A stretch of 64,000 nucleotides of DNA from Candidatus Bathyarchaeia archaeon (GTDB taxonomy: Archaea; Thermoproteota; CALKCG01; B24), in assembly GCA_038870975.1 (NCBI GenBank), contig JAVZJD010000001.1, positions 928,001-992,000 of the forward strand, in the 5' to 3' direction. A program made the position numbers and the translations under genes. Positions 29,371-39,716 of this stretch are shown piece by piece. Numbering within the stretch: the stretch's first letter is position 1; the number at the start of each line of letters is the position of its first letter. The notes under the pieces were generated by a model, which did not search any database, was not told where the DNA came from, and worked only from the letters and a program-made list of their open reading frames with translations.

Positions 29371-29455
29371 CTATATGGCTCTAAACAATCGAAGTAGGTT
29401 TATCTATATCCTACTGGTCAACTGAAACTGTCTAAAAGCTCGAGAAGGAAGGTGA

Positions 29456-30637
29456 ACGGGTTTAAGCTCCAGCAGGGAACGCATATTCATAGTTGCATAC
29501 ATAACTTACGCACTGCTATATCTAGCTAGGCTCAATTTCTCCATTGCTCTCCCTCTGTTAAACGAGGAACTTGGTTATTCGAAGTTTACACTGGGTTTAA
29601 TCGCGGGGGCATTCTCAATCTCCTACGCAATAGGACAGTTTATACATGGGCGATTGGTTGACCGCTATGGGCCTAAGAAGATAATACTCATAGGTTTAAT
29701 CGTCTCTGGGATTATGAATATATTATTCAGCCGCATTAACACATTAATCCTACTGATAGTTGTATGGGCTGTTAACGGATACGCTCAGTCGACCGGATGG
29801 CCGGCTGTAGTTAAACTTGTAAGTAGCAGGTTTAAGTCTGAACTTGGAAAAATAGGCGGATTATTCGGCTCATGTTTCCTCGTTGGGAATATGGTGGCTT
29901 GGCCTATTCTCGGCTACTTGGTGTCAAACTATGGGTGGCGTATGGTTTTTACAATACCGTCGATCATACTGATAGTGCTTGCAGTTCTATTCTACCTGAC
30001 GATTGAAGAGGTTGAGAAAACAGAAGCGTACAATTCAAAGCAAATCGTAAACTTCAAGAAGCTCATCTTTTCAAAGGGTTTAACCATAATAACTTCAGCA
30101 TACATACTGCTTCAATTTGTACGAAGCGTTTTCACGCTATGGGCTCCATCATATCTCTTTGAAAAATACAGGCTTCCTTTAGACGTGGCGGGTTACACCG
30201 CCGCCGTTATACCTCTCGGAGGTATTGTGGGATCACTAGTCTCAGGTTGGCTTTCAGACTATTTGGAGAAACCCGGGAGGAAACTGACAATATGCGTTTT
30301 AACAATATCCCTCGGCTTTGCAATAGCTGCTTTCCACTATGCTTCTAATCTAGGTCTTGAATTAGGAATATTTTCACTATTTATCGTAGGATTTACTCTC
30401 TACGGTCCACATGTGATAATATCTACCGTCATACCTATGGAGCTTGATGAAAGCTACGGTGGAGCTAGTGTAGCGGGATTCATAGATGGAATGGGATACT
30501 TCGGCTCGATGCTTGCAGAGTCTTCCACCGGCTGGCTTATCGAGGTACATGGTTGGAGTGGTGCTGTAACCTTCTGCCTCACCAGCACACTGTTAGCAAC
30601 GATACTAGTAGCCTTCCTCTATGAGGAGAAAAAGTAG
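29456..30637 (+). CDS. MFS transporter (OPA/GlpT-like); frame opens at 29456 without canonical start
   Basis: YALLYLARLNFSIA (TM1) upstream of track start; GRLVDRYGPK, AQSTGWP, GWLSD, GFIDGMGYFG. Confidence 0.85.
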   Translation, partial: TGLSSSRERIFIVAYITYALLYLARLNFSIALPLLNEELGYSKFTLGLIAGAFSISYAIGQFIHGRLVDRYGPKKIILIGLIVSGIMNILFSRINTLILLIVVWAVNGYAQSTGWPAVVKLVSSRFKSELGKIGGLFGSCFLVGNMVAWPILGYLVSNYGWRMVFTIPSIILIVLAVLFYLTIEEVEKTEAYNSKQIVNFKKLIFSKGLTIITSAYILLQFVRSVFTLWAPSYLFEKYRLPLDVAGYTAAVIPLGGIVGSLVSGWLSDYLEKPGRKLTICVLTISLGFAIAAFHYASNLGLELGIFSLFIVGFTLYGPHVIISTVIPMELDESYGGASVAGFIDGMGYFGSMLAESSTGWLIEVHGWSGAVTFCLTSTLLATILVAFLYEEKK

Positions 30638-30672
30638 GGTTAAAGCCAGCTTTTCTCAATTTAAACTGACCA

Positions 30673-31869
30673 TTAGAGGCCGAAGTACTCATTGATCGGC
30701 TTCTGATAGGCTTCAACTCTACCCTCTAAAACATCCGTATATTTTACAGGCTGGCCTAAGTAGGCAGATTCATATATCGATTCACATATGGCCTTAGCCT
30801 TAAGCCCTTCCTCACCGTCGACTTCAGGCTTCCTCTTATTCTCAACGGCATCTAGGAAATCGTAGCATTCTATGAATACTCCATTCATGATGCCGTATGG
30901 GAAGAGCCTCCTCTTCCCTTCACTGTCTAGAGAGCTTAAATATTCTCTTTCAAGCTCTCTCATAGAGTATGTAATCTTCTTAGGCCCGTCTTGGATTATG
31001 ATTTCAGCGTTGTCAAATGGACCGTGAAAAACGTCGCCGTGGTCCAGTAAGCATCCTCTACTACCGTAGTGTACAACGTTGGTGTAGCTGTACCCTGGGG
31101 CTGCTATAGTCCAGCTCCAAGTACATATTAAGCCGTTTTTGAAGGTTATCATAGCTATCCAAGTGTCTTCCCGCTCATCGTAAACTATCCTGTCGCCTTT
31201 CTTATGAGGCCACTTTTCAAACTGTGTTACTCTAGCGTATACTGTCTCAGGGTCTCCATATAGGTATCTCAAGGTATCGGCGAAGTGTGCCCCACTATCC
31301 ATAACCATTCCTCCACCACCAAGCATTTTCTCAATTCTCCAATGCCAAACCCTCTCCTCGGATGGGTTTTCCCAGCCAGCGTGTTGAGCGAAGAATAGCC
31401 TAGGCTCTCCCAGCATTTTCCTCTCGTTTATAATCCAGTATGCCGTCCTCTGGCTTAAACCCCTTCTAACGTTCTCGGCTACTGCGACAATCTTATTATA
31501 CCTCTTGGCTGTCTCTATTACAGCCTTACTAGCCTTCACGGTTATTCCAAAAGGCTTCTCAACCATTACGTTTGCACCAGCTTTTAAGCAGGCTATAGCG
31601 GCTTTATGATGCTCTGAGTGGGGTGTACAAATATCCACGGCATCAAGCGACTCCTTGGAAAGCATATCCTCTACACTACTGTAGACTCTTGGCTTAAAGT
31701 TTTGACTTTGAGCAGCAATATTAGCAAACTTTTCAGCCGAAGCCAACACGGGGTCGCACATAGCCGTAAACTCAAACTTCTCAGGCTCCCTCTGTTTAAT
31801 AGCCACGTAGGCTCTTAAATGGGCTTCAGCCATTCCTCCACATCCAACGATAGCGAGCCTCAAAACCAT
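30673..31869 (-). CDS. Gfo/Idh/MocA family oxidoreductase
   Basis: IVGCGGMA, VEKP, GGGMVMDSGAHFAD. Confidence 0.9.
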   Translation of the reverse strand: MVLRLAIVGCGGMAEAHLRAYVAIKQREPEKFEFTAMCDPVLASAEKFANIAAQSQNFKPRVYSSVEDMLSKESLDAVDICTPHSEHHKAAIACLKAGANVMVEKPFGITVKASKAVIETAKRYNKIVAVAENVRRGLSQRTAYWIINERKMLGEPRLFFAQHAGWENPSEERVWHWRIEKMLGGGGMVMDSGAHFADTLRYLYGDPETVYARVTQFEKWPHKKGDRIVYDEREDTWIAMITFKNGLICTWSWTIAAPGYSYTNVVHYGSRGCLLDHGDVFHGPFDNAEIIIQDGPKKITYSMRELEREYLSSLDSEGKRRLFPYGIMNGVFIECYDFLDAVENKRKPEVDGEEGLKAKAICESIYESAYLGQPVKYTDVLEGRVEAYQKPINEYFGL

Positions 31870-32052
31870 AATGACACATCAAACTCTTCATAGTTTTTGA
31901 TTTAATATAGCTTTCTATGAGGCCATATTTCAAAACACGGAAAAATAGTATCTACCTCTTGGTGGAAATAATCTATCCGTAGAAGATAGTCTTAAGTATT
32001 CAAATTGAAGGTGGGTATGTAGGAAAAAATAGGGTAGTGGAGTTTAATTGGG

Positions 32053-34083
32053 TCATGCTACTTGTGGGAAGAATATGAAGAACGATATCGCTGCCACTAG
32101 AACTTCCAATGCTGTTCCAAGTATGAAGCCTCCTACAAAGGGCACTACTTTCTCCTCGTATAATTTGCTTCCACCGATTTTCAGTATTGTGTACTTCACT
32201 ATTCCATCTACCAGTGCCACAAACCATACGCCGTGGAGTGACCCCTCCCAATCCCAAGCAACTATCGTTACAAGCGGATCTGGTAGCCATAGGATTCTCG
32301 TAGACAAATACCTCATAATCACCATGAATATGAAGCCTACAGCAATGTAGATACCAGCCTCACTCATAGGCGCATCGACAGGTCTATTCCAGAGAGACCA
32401 GTACCACCAACTGTCTTCATCGAGGTCGGCAGTAAGTACGAGACTTCCAAGGCGGAGGTTCCCACCATAAACCCCAGGTATGACTACCTGCATTATATGT
32501 GCAAAAAACATAGATGTGAACAGCGACACTGCAAGGACTTTAATTACGTTTTTAACGCTCGCTCCTGTTAAGCTTGCCAAGTGGTAACTACCTACCGTAG
32601 TGTAGAATGAGCTTCCATATCCCGAGAGAGCTCGGTGAGCAATCCAATGTCTATTCAAAGCTGGGGTTAACGCTAAGTCCGTTGTGGTTATCGGTGGACC
32701 GTAACCAGTCGGCCAGACAAGCATTCTAATGAACCCAGGTGTAAAACTATAACACGGTGAATTCGAAATGCTTAGCCTACCCCAAACTTGAGTCATAGAA
32801 ACCCATGTTATGATCGCTGTAAGTGTAACCGCGAACGATGTCCAAAGGCTCATGCCGGTATATGCAAAGAATAATATCATCAGTATGAAGCATACCGTGA
32901 AGATCATCCAGGCATGTCTATACCGCATCGGTTCCACCCGGTCTTCTGCGTTCTTACCAAATGCTGCTTTCAAAGTATTGGTTAAATATTGTCTTTCAAG
33001 GAATATCGTCATGATAAATATTCCGAGAATACTACCTGTAAGTATACCGTGGAAAGCCAACGGTGGGCTGTCATATGGATCTGGAGGACACCAGTTTCTT
33101 CCGCAGAAGCCCACATTAGTTATACCTGTGTAGTAGCCAGAATAATATGCGATGTACAAGGCTACTTCAAACACTAGGGTGTAAAACACCATGCTAAACA
33201 AATAGTGAACAGGTACTAGAAGCATTAATGCATACAGTGGGGGATGTTTAGCAAATCCTAAATTCCAAGGCTGATCAAGTGGTGCAACTTGATGGCATCC
33301 AGGTCCACATGTATTCGTACGCCAGCCATATATATCTGGAAACCATGGGAATAGTGTAATGCCGCTAAGCGGTATAGCTGTTAACAGTCCTATTAAAAAC
33401 CCTAAAATAAATGTCATCCTACCAGGCCATTCGCGTTTTTTAACATTCTCCAAACCTAGAATCGAGCTGTACGCTACAGTAACCCACGGGAATGGTAATC
33501 GTTCAACGTCTATCCACTCTCTACGAAAGATGCTGACAAGGCATATGCTTATACCTCCGAAAATCGCAACTATTAGCGTATACCATACTACAGCTGGAAA
33601 TAGTACACTCCAAGGTAGAGCACTAATGCTTCCAGCACCGTAAAGGAGTACTTCAGCTGAAGTTTTCGGAATCGCTACAAATTCTGGGACGTATCTCAAC
33701 ACGGACTCTGACGTTTGTGCTGAGGCTAAAAGCATACCAATATCCCACCACCATGGATTGTCAAAAGATGAAAAGTACGATGCACACAAAGTAACTATGT
33801 AAAGATATACTATATTCGTCGTAGTCAAATATCTCCGCATATAGGGCAATTTCATAAGCATAGCGGTTAGTAGGAGCATTACAAAAGGCCACCCCATGAG
33901 ATCTAATCCCGGTGTCGATATTAGAACACTGACGCTTTGAGTACAGTATGCACTAGGCGGTAGCCAGAAGATGAACATGTTGAAGAGGCATGTTAGCACA
34001 GCGCTTAAAGCGAAGACCGTTAATAGCGTACCAGATTTTACCTCTTCGTTGCTAGACTTACTTTCAAACCGCTGTCTTTCCAC
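32053..34083 (-). CDS. OPT-like polytopic membrane protein (DUF6785/DUF6784 type)
   Basis: REWIDVERLPFP, C-terminal LKIGGSKLYEEKVVPFVGGFILG; many TM helices. Confidence 0.75.
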   Translation of the reverse strand: MERQRFESKSSNEEVKSGTLLTVFALSAVLTCLFNMFIFWLPPSAYCTQSVSVLISTPGLDLMGWPFVMLLLTAMLMKLPYMRRYLTTTNIVYLYIVTLCASYFSSFDNPWWWDIGMLLASAQTSESVLRYVPEFVAIPKTSAEVLLYGAGSISALPWSVLFPAVVWYTLIVAIFGGISICLVSIFRREWIDVERLPFPWVTVAYSSILGLENVKKREWPGRMTFILGFLIGLLTAIPLSGITLFPWFPDIYGWRTNTCGPGCHQVAPLDQPWNLGFAKHPPLYALMLLVPVHYLFSMVFYTLVFEVALYIAYYSGYYTGITNVGFCGRNWCPPDPYDSPPLAFHGILTGSILGIFIMTIFLERQYLTNTLKAAFGKNAEDRVEPMRYRHAWMIFTVCFILMILFFAYTGMSLWTSFAVTLTAIITWVSMTQVWGRLSISNSPCYSFTPGFIRMLVWPTGYGPPITTTDLALTPALNRHWIAHRALSGYGSSFYTTVGSYHLASLTGASVKNVIKVLAVSLFTSMFFAHIMQVVIPGVYGGNLRLGSLVLTADLDEDSWWYWSLWNRPVDAPMSEAGIYIAVGFIFMVIMRYLSTRILWLPDPLVTIVAWDWEGSLHGVWFVALVDGIVKYTILKIGGSKLYEEKVVPFVGGFILGTALEVLVAAISFFIFFPQVA

Positions 34084-34166
34084 TTAAGACCACCGAAGTT
34101 GAATAGATTCTCCCTCATAGTATTTATGGTTTTTCGTAATCAAATAAAAAATGAGGTTGAGTGGTT

Positions 34167-36137
34167 TTAGAATGGTATGAAGAATCTTATGGCGCTTATT
34201 ACTCCACCAGCCAGTATCGCTAACGCATATCCGAGTAGGAATCCAGTAGCCACAGGCACTCCATGCTCTTCGTAGGCTTTACTACCTCCGATTTTAAGCG
34301 TAAGAAGCTTAAGAACCCACGCAGCGGTAACCATAACCCATATTCCTTCGCTTATGCATCTTGAGCCGAATGTTAGTAGGAAGCCATATGGGTCTAGTGG
34401 GAATGCTACGAATCTAGCGTGTAGCCAGCTTAAAACCCAGATTACTACCATACCTGCTACGAAGTTTGGTATCCACGGTCCCCCACTCATAACTTCTGGC
34501 GCTATTCCACTCCACGGATTATCCGGGTTTGCGGCGTAGGATATGTCCCCTACGAATGTAGTCGATTGGTAGAAGGGTAGATAAGCCAATCCTACTGAAT
34601 ATCCTAGCGGAAGTATTGTAAGCCACCAGACTAGGGGTATTAGAAACACTATGATAAGCATGATGTAATATAGGCTTCTAGTATCTGTCTTCGTGAGGTT
34701 GGCGAATTTATAACCTGCGAATGAAGCTGCCAATGCTCCTCCCCAGCCCAAGCTTAAACCATCCGAGCCAGATTGACGCATCAATATGCATGTAAGTGCA
34801 TAGTTTGCATCAGCTCTCTCAGGGAGTTCAGGCCATATTGCTCTAAGCCAGTAGAGTCCATATGCGCCTAGTCCAATGGCATTATATCCGGTCCTACCGT
34901 AAACAAACATGGCTGCAAAGAAGAATAGCCAAACCATTATCGGCATCAATATAGCGTTTAGAATGCTTATACCTATTGAAGATAGTAGCCCTACTAGGAC
35001 TAGGTACGATAGTATGAGTGTCGCTCCAACAGCCTTATAATGCTTCTCCTCAGGCTTCAGTATTGCCTTAAAACTTTCAGCTAAATACCTCCTCCTCATA
35101 AAGACATACATCAATACAAGCCCAAGCCCTCCACCCATGTTTGCCACGATCGTCCACTTGAACGGTGCACCCCATTCTAGTGAACTTGGTCCACATTCAG
35201 CGCGGCCGCATCCAGGCATAGTCATCAGTCCAGTGTAGTATCCAGCGTAGTAGGCGACCTGCGTACCTATAAATAGGAACAAGTTGCATATCACGGACGT
35301 AAACAGTGTACTTAAGGGAGCCATATAGAATAGAGCTGCGAGAGACGGATTCTTGCTGTATATAGCTAATGCCACAATGCTATATAGTGGATGATTGGTT
35401 GGTATGCAACCTGCGCCATAGCACTCGGTAGCGCACCTCCAACTGAATACGTCTGGAAACCATGGGAATGTTATCGTTAGGAAAACTATGAATTGAAATG
35501 CAAATCCAAGCACTACACCAATGATATACGGTTTAACGGTCTTTTTCTCAGATTGTTTTACAATTTCGTAAACTGCCAGGGTCTGAGGGAAAGGTACTTG
35601 TTCTACTTCAATCCACTCCTTCTGCCATATGGTGGCTATGGAGAGCATGTAAACTCCGAAGAAGCTGTAGAGGAACCACCAATAAAGCATCACTGGCATC
35701 CAGTAGTTCCACGGTATTGTCGTTCCACCATATATGATTTGTTCGGCGATCTCACGTGGTGGCGCTATAAACTCAGGTATTAGTGGCGATATGGTTTCAG
35801 GGTTAAGCCACCTCTGTGCTATTATACCTGGTGGGACTCTGAATGCTCCGTAGCCGACAGCCATGTAAGAGCTGAATATTGAAGCTATGTATAGGCATGT
35901 TAGGGTTTTAACATCTACTTTGCCTTTGAGAAGTTTAAAAGGTATTATACCCAGAAGAATCACAAGATACGGTAGAGGTGTAAACTCCTCAGAGCAGTTT
36001 ACTGAGCCTGGGTTGTAGAATATCCATATACGTGAGCTCAGCAGGGTATTCCATAGAACTCCAATAGAAACCATGAGTATGGTGGCGATCACTACTATGA
36101 GTGCGGTACGACCTCCTATTCTGTATTCCTCACCCAT
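34167..36137 (-). CDS. OPT-like polytopic membrane protein (DUF6785/DUF6784 type), paralog
   Basis: KEWIEVEQVPFP, FPWFPD, LKIGGSKAYEEHGVPVATGFLLG. Confidence 0.75.
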   Translation of the reverse strand: MGEEYRIGGRTALIVVIATILMVSIGVLWNTLLSSRIWIFYNPGSVNCSEEFTPLPYLVILLGIIPFKLLKGKVDVKTLTCLYIASIFSSYMAVGYGAFRVPPGIIAQRWLNPETISPLIPEFIAPPREIAEQIIYGGTTIPWNYWMPVMLYWWFLYSFFGVYMLSIATIWQKEWIEVEQVPFPQTLAVYEIVKQSEKKTVKPYIIGVVLGFAFQFIVFLTITFPWFPDVFSWRCATECYGAGCIPTNHPLYSIVALAIYSKNPSLAALFYMAPLSTLFTSVICNLFLFIGTQVAYYAGYYTGLMTMPGCGRAECGPSSLEWGAPFKWTIVANMGGGLGLVLMYVFMRRRYLAESFKAILKPEEKHYKAVGATLILSYLVLVGLLSSIGISILNAILMPIMVWLFFFAAMFVYGRTGYNAIGLGAYGLYWLRAIWPELPERADANYALTCILMRQSGSDGLSLGWGGALAASFAGYKFANLTKTDTRSLYYIMLIIVFLIPLVWWLTILPLGYSVGLAYLPFYQSTTFVGDISYAANPDNPWSGIAPEVMSGGPWIPNFVAGMVVIWVLSWLHARFVAFPLDPYGFLLTFGSRCISEGIWVMVTAAWVLKLLTLKIGGSKAYEEHGVPVATGFLLGYALAILAGGVISAIRFFIPF

Positions 36138-36298
36138 TTTCCCTCAGAGTATTCGTATACGAAATTCTGCTTAAAAGCTTATTCACATTAACTCTATGCT
36201 TCTCATTGGAAATGTATCCACTCAATGGATATTTATGTGATGGATGCTTTAAAGTACTAGACAATGCTTAAGTCCTAATTCAGACATTTTACTCTTTA

Positions 36299-38854
36299 AT
36301 GTCTGACGAAATATACCTTGTGGCTAATTCACATATAGACCTTTCATGGCTTTGGACGAGGGAAGAGACGATAGGTAAAATATGCCCTGAAACATTTCTA
36401 AACGTTTTAAACCTAATGGATAAGTATCCGCTTCTATGCTATGCACAGAGCTCTGCTCAAATATATGAGTGGCTGGAGATTCACCATCCGGAAATTTTCA
36501 GTAGAATACGTGAGAAAGTTAAGGAGGGAAAATGGGAGATAGTGGGCGGTTCATGGGTGGAGCATAATGCAAACCTCCTGTGCGGCGAATCCCTCGTACG
36601 GCAGTATCTTTTTGGAAAGAGGTATTTCATGGAGAAATTTAACGTAGACGTTAAAGTTGCTTGGCTACCGGACAGCTTTGGCTTCTGCTGGACGCTTCCC
36701 CAAGTGCTTAAGAAATGTGGATTGGACTATTTTCTAACGCATAAGTTGAAGTGGCAAGTAGAACGTATGAAACCTCCAATACCTTTTCCACACTACGTCT
36801 TCTGGTGGGAATCGCCAGATGGGTCGCGGGTTTTAACCTACCATACAGTGGGAAGCTACTCTGAAGACGTTAACGCAATGAGGATGCTTGAACAACTGGC
36901 TTTATTGAAAAGGCGTCATGGTTTAACGAAGCTTCTAGTACTATTCGGTAGAGGAGACCATGGAGGTGGACCGACCGAGGGAATGGTTAAGGAAGCTTTA
37001 AGACTTATGGAAATACGTGATCCTGCAGTCTACCCCAGGGTGACCCTATCGACATCTCAACGCTGGTTTCAAGAGGTTGAAACAGTTTCGGAGAATCTAC
37101 AGCTTCCGGTGGTTAAAGATGAACTATATGTTAAGACACATAGGGGGACGTACACTACAGAGTCTAAAGTAAAACTCCACAATAGGAGATGCGAATGTCT
37201 CCTGCTGACCGCTGAAAGATTTGCATCTATAGCTATGCTTCTAGGTATGGCTTATCCTTATGAGGATTTAAAACACGCTTGGAAGCTACTCCTCCTAAAT
37301 CAAGTCCACGACAACATAGATGGGACTTCCATAGAGGAGGTCTACGTTCAAGCTGAGAAAGACTATGGAGAAGTCTACAAGATTGGTGGTAGAGTTTTAG
37401 AGGAGGCTTTAAACACAATCGCATCCAACGTTGACACTGGAGGCTGTGAAGGAATACCTATACTTGTCTTCAACCCACTTTCATGGCGCAGGAGAGACGT
37501 AGTAGAACTCTCCCTTGAAAGGCTCTTTGAAAACGTGAAAGCGTTTAAAATACTAGACTACTCTGGGAGGGAGGCTCCAGTACAAGTCTTAGAAGATGGA
37601 CGTAGCGTTATATTCATAGCTGAAGACATTCCATCTTTCGGCTATAAGCTGTACAGTCTAACTCCTTCATCAGAAGGCTCTGTAGATTCAAACCTCAAAG
37701 TAGGCGAATTCTACCTAGAAAACGAGTTTCTACGCGTAGAAATAGATAGAAGAACAGGCTGTGTCTCTAGAATCTACGATAAAGTTAATGGAAGAGACGT
37801 TTTATCAGACTCCGGGAGAGGAAACATTCTCCAAGTATATGAGGATAAGCCTCCCAACGCTCCCGGTGGAGAACCAGCCTGGAACATGTACCTAGGAGCT
37901 TTAACAGAGCTAGATAAAGCAGAAGAAGTGCGTATAGTTGAGAAGGGACCTGTTAGAGCCACAATTAAAGTAGTTAAGAGATATGGCGGCTCTACTTTTG
38001 AACAATACATCTCACTCTACGATAAGATTCCAAGGGTGGACTTTACGCTTAAAGCCGATTGGCATGAAAAGTATAAAACCTTAAAGGTGGCCTTTCCATT
38101 GAGGTTTAAAAACCACTGGGCTACATACGACACACCCTTCGGCGTAATACAGCGTTACCAGTACATTTACGAGAAAGCCCCAGACAGACAGATGAATATG
38201 CCTAAGAGGCCGTGGGAGCCTGCGGATAAAGCCAAATTTGAAGTACCCGCGCTCTACTGGGTAAACATAGATACTGAAAATGGAGATTACGGTGTAGCTC
38301 TACTCAACGACTGTAAATACGGTTTCGACGTAGTTGAAAATACGATTAGAATGACTCTTCTCAGGGGTCCTAGACGCGGATATCCATCTACACCTGAACA
38401 GTGGGCTGATCAATCAGACGATCCACGTGTAGGAGTACACATCGTCAAATACGCATTATACCCCCATAAAGAGGATTGGGCGAAGTCGATGGTGTTTAGA
38501 AGAGGCTACGAATTCAACTATCCTCTGATAGCGTGGAGATCCCCAGGAAACCCGGGGCCTCTGCCGAAGGCTCTATCACTGATAGATGTTAAACCAGGTA
38601 ATGTCGTTCTCTCTGCTTTGAAAAAAGCTGAGGATTCAAACGAGCTTGTGTTGAGGGTTTACGAAACCTGTGGTTTAAAGTCAGACGTAGAATTGAAAAC
38701 GTCTTTTAAGCCTCTAAAAGCAGTTGAAACAGACTTAGTTGAATGGGATATGTATATAGAGGGAAGAGAATTTAAAGTATCAGAGGACGTGGTGAGCTTC
38801 TACATAAAAGGTAATGAAATAGTCACAGTTAAACTCACACCTCGGAAGCCATAA
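36299..38854 (+). CDS. Alpha-mannosidase, GH38
   Basis: SHIDLSWLW, WLPDSFG, GDHGGG, HRGTYT, NQVHD. Confidence 0.92.
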   Translation: MSDEIYLVANSHIDLSWLWTREETIGKICPETFLNVLNLMDKYPLLCYAQSSAQIYEWLEIHHPEIFSRIREKVKEGKWEIVGGSWVEHNANLLCGESLVRQYLFGKRYFMEKFNVDVKVAWLPDSFGFCWTLPQVLKKCGLDYFLTHKLKWQVERMKPPIPFPHYVFWWESPDGSRVLTYHTVGSYSEDVNAMRMLEQLALLKRRHGLTKLLVLFGRGDHGGGPTEGMVKEALRLMEIRDPAVYPRVTLSTSQRWFQEVETVSENLQLPVVKDELYVKTHRGTYTTESKVKLHNRRCECLLLTAERFASIAMLLGMAYPYEDLKHAWKLLLLNQVHDNIDGTSIEEVYVQAEKDYGEVYKIGGRVLEEALNTIASNVDTGGCEGIPILVFNPLSWRRRDVVELSLERLFENVKAFKILDYSGREAPVQVLEDGRSVIFIAEDIPSFGYKLYSLTPSSEGSVDSNLKVGEFYLENEFLRVEIDRRTGCVSRIYDKVNGRDVLSDSGRGNILQVYEDKPPNAPGGEPAWNMYLGALTELDKAEEVRIVEKGPVRATIKVVKRYGGSTFEQYISLYDKIPRVDFTLKADWHEKYKTLKVAFPLRFKNHWATYDTPFGVIQRYQYIYEKAPDRQMNMPKRPWEPADKAKFEVPALYWVNIDTENGDYGVALLNDCKYGFDVVENTIRMTLLRGPRRGYPSTPEQWADQSDDPRVGVHIVKYALYPHKEDWAKSMVFRRGYEFNYPLIAWRSPGNPGPLPKALSLIDVKPGNVVLSALKKAEDSNELVLRVYETCGLKSDVELKTSFKPLKAVETDLVEWDMYIEGREFKVSEDVVSFYIKGNEIVTVKLTPRKP

Positions 38855-38885
38855 ATTTATTTAACGCGCATGCGCTAATAAGGGA

Positions 38886-39716
38886 GTGAAAACGATGAAA
38901 TACGAGATTAAGTATAGCCCAAGCTACTCTATGCTGGAAGTTAGTCTAGAGCCTAAGGAGATTATTGTAGCGGAAGCAGGCGCCATGATATACATGTCTC
39001 CTCAAATAACTGTTAAAACGAGGAAAAGAGAAAGCGACAGCCTATGGAGAAGCATCAAAACGACGGTTTTAGGCGGTGAATCCTTCTTCGTAAACGAGTA
39101 TATTGCAGAGAGAGGCCCGGGTAAAGTTGGCTTTGCTCCAGCTCCCGTAGGTGATATAAACGTTCTTAAAGTGGAAGCCGGGAGGGGGCTTATCCTTCAA
39201 AAGTCAGCCTATTTAGCATCAACAGAGGGCATAACCTTGGATACAGAATAGCAGGGGTTTAAAAGAGGGCTCTTTGGCCAAAGTCTATTCATGCTTAAAG
39301 TTTCCGGAGAGGGTCTATTGTTTGTAAACGCCTTCGGCGCAATAGACAGACACAGTCTAAAAAGTGGTGAGTCTCTAATAATAGACAATTACCATCTGGT
39401 AGCCTTTGACGACACATGCAGGTATGATGTTAAGAAGTTTGGCGGGTTAAAATCCACAATATTGGGAGGGGAAGGCTTAGTAACCGAAGTCTATGGACCT
39501 GGAGAAGTATACATTCAGACTAAGAATATACGCGAGTTTGTCGATTGGCTTTGGGAGCTACTTCATGCAAGGGTGGAAACTACGGCGAGAACTACGGCTA
39601 TGGAAAAAGGAGAGAGAAGGTATCGGCTTCAGCTTAGGCAGACCGAAATAATGGCAAATCTAGTCTCCAGCTATTTTTCAAACTGTGTTAAATACTGCTT
39701 ATGTGCCTCAAGGTAA
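38886..39716 (+). pseudogene. TIGR00266/AIM24 family protein interrupted by in-frame TAG (39249-39251)
   Basis: AEAGAM...GGESFF...LDTE*QGFKRGLFGQSLFMLKV...GGEGLV...GPGEVYIQT in one frame. Confidence 0.85.

Noticed and set aside
39249-39251. Genome-wide pyrrolysine recoding of TAG
   Set aside because: TAG is the evident true stop of many genes here (ilvC, hisS, truD, MFS, Sec61beta), and no pyl genes are in the window
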